Of a DNA stretch of 64,000 nt, positions 62,977 through 64,000 are shown piece after piece. The stretch's first letter is position 1; the number at the start of each line of letters is the position of its first letter. Made by a program: the position numbers and the translations under genes. The stretch is taken from positions 83,088-147,087 of the forward strand of contig CALSPG010000003.1 of NCBI GenBank assembly GCA_943788175.1. Reading direction: 5' to 3'. Origin of the DNA: an uncultured bacterium. Lineage in GTDB: Bacteria > Fidelibacterota > Marinisomatia > Marinisomatales > UBA1611. The notes under the pieces were generated by a model. The model worked only from the letters and a program-made list of their open reading frames with translations. It did no database searches and had not been told where the DNA came from.

Positions 62977-64000
62977 TGTAATAATTAAAGACTTTGCAAT
63001 TATTGATGAAATAAATATTGGATTTCATCCTGGACTAACTGTTATAACTGGAGAAACTGGTTCTGGAAAATCAATTATTCTTCAAGCTATTAATACATTA
63101 GTTAATGGAAAACCTCGAAAGTCAATATTGAAGTCTGGGGCAAATCAAGCTGTAGTTGAGTTAGAGTTTACTAATAATTTTTATAGGAAAATTATTAGTA
63201 AAAATGGAAGATCTAGATCATATATGGGCGATACACCTATGGCTTTATCTGATTTTAAAAAAGAATTCAATTATAAAATTGAATTTCATGGTCAGAATGA
63301 CCAACAATTAATATTGAATAGTGAAAATCATATTCATTATTTAGATTATTTTTGTGGTAATCAAAAGGATGTAACGGAAATAAAAAAAATCTATTTTGAA
63401 ATTGAAAATGCTAAAAAACGACTAAAAGATTTGCAGTTAAACGCGAAAATTTATAAAGAAAAAAAAGAGCTACTTATGTTTCAATTAAATGAAATTAAAA
63501 TGGCAGATATTCAGGAAAACGAAGATACTACCTTATATTCAGATTATAAAAGGCTCAGTAATCAAGAACTATTAATAAACACTCTAAATGATGTTAAAAA
63601 TTCTTTGAATGAGTATGATAACGGAGTTGTTTTGAAACTGACAAATATGCTTAGTGAAATAAATAAGTTAGTTAGATATGATAGCTCTATTAAAAATATT
63701 TCTGATCTAATAAATACTATAGTTTTACAGCTTCAAGAAGTTGAAATAGATATTGAAGGAAGATTAACTAATGATGAATTTGATAAATCTAGATTGCCAA
63801 TTATTGAGGATAGAATAAGCGTAGTAGAAACTTTAAAAAGGAAATATGGAGGCTCGATTGAATCTATTTTTGAAAATGAAAAACAAATTAAAAAACAAAT
63901 AAATGAACTTTCTACTTATGCTCAATCAGATTCTGATTTAAAAAATAAAATTAAAGATTATGAAAATAAATATATTAAAGTTGCTAATAAAATTTCCGCA
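62966..64000 (+). CDS. recN: DNA repair protein RecN, 5' part (runs off the window; not in ORF track)
   Basis: Manual translation MINNVIIKDFAIIDE...GLTVITGETGSGKS; FHGQNDQQ and LKRKYG in the same frame. Confidence 0.92.
   Translation, partial: MINNVIIKDFAIIDEINIGFHPGLTVITGETGSGKSIILQAINTLVNGKPRKSILKSGANQAVVELEFTNNFYRKIISKNGRSRSYMGDTPMALSDFKKEFNYKIEFHGQNDQQLILNSENHIHYLDYFCGNQKDVTEIKKIYFEIENAKKRLKDLQLNAKIYKEKKELLMFQLNEIKMADIQENEDTTLYSDYKRLSNQELLINTLNDVKNSLNEYDNGVVLKLTNMLSEINKLVRYDSSIKNISDLINTIVLQLQEVEIDIEGRLTNDEFDKSRLPIIEDRISVVETLKRKYGGSIESIFENEKQIKKQINELSTYAQSDSDLKNKIKDYENKYIKVANKISA

Overview
AT-rich, very compact bacterial chromosome segment. Gene order and protein style suggest the FCB superphylum, most like marine Marinimicrobia/SAR406, but this is inference and not a database result. 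Positions 1-30,860 form one continuous translation/transcription supercluster: tuf-rpmG-tRNA-Trp-secE-nusG-rplKAJL-rpoBC-rpsLG-fusA-tuf, then the S10, spc and alpha operons. It has two nearly identical tuf copies, cysteine-poor L33/S14/S4, many TTG starts and a +1 frameshift in rplO that is probably a sequence error. The rest of the window contains a GHL10 hydrolase, hutU-hutI, DUF350, a kinase/DUF92 fusion, DUF3228, a ROK kinase, tRNA-Met, gdhA with a receiver-PPDK_N protein, pgk-tpiA-secG-tRNA-Leu, TPR proteins, a HAD hydrolase, acpS, a VanZ-family gene and a partial recN. Two accessory signals stand out. (1) A predicted 785-aa lipoprotein on the minus strand (47345-49702) is interrupted by one in-frame TGA at codon 34, followed by a GC-rich hairpin whose GGA loop starts 17 nt after the TGA. 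This fits the bacterial SECIS layout and is a candidate unannotated selenoprotein. (2) A tandem pair of large secreted FN3-repeat proteins (37932-45720) end in caspase-like (C14) domains, and both have lost the His/Cys catalytic dyad. A small anchored PKD protein follows them. No CRISPR array, rRNA or mobile element was seen.
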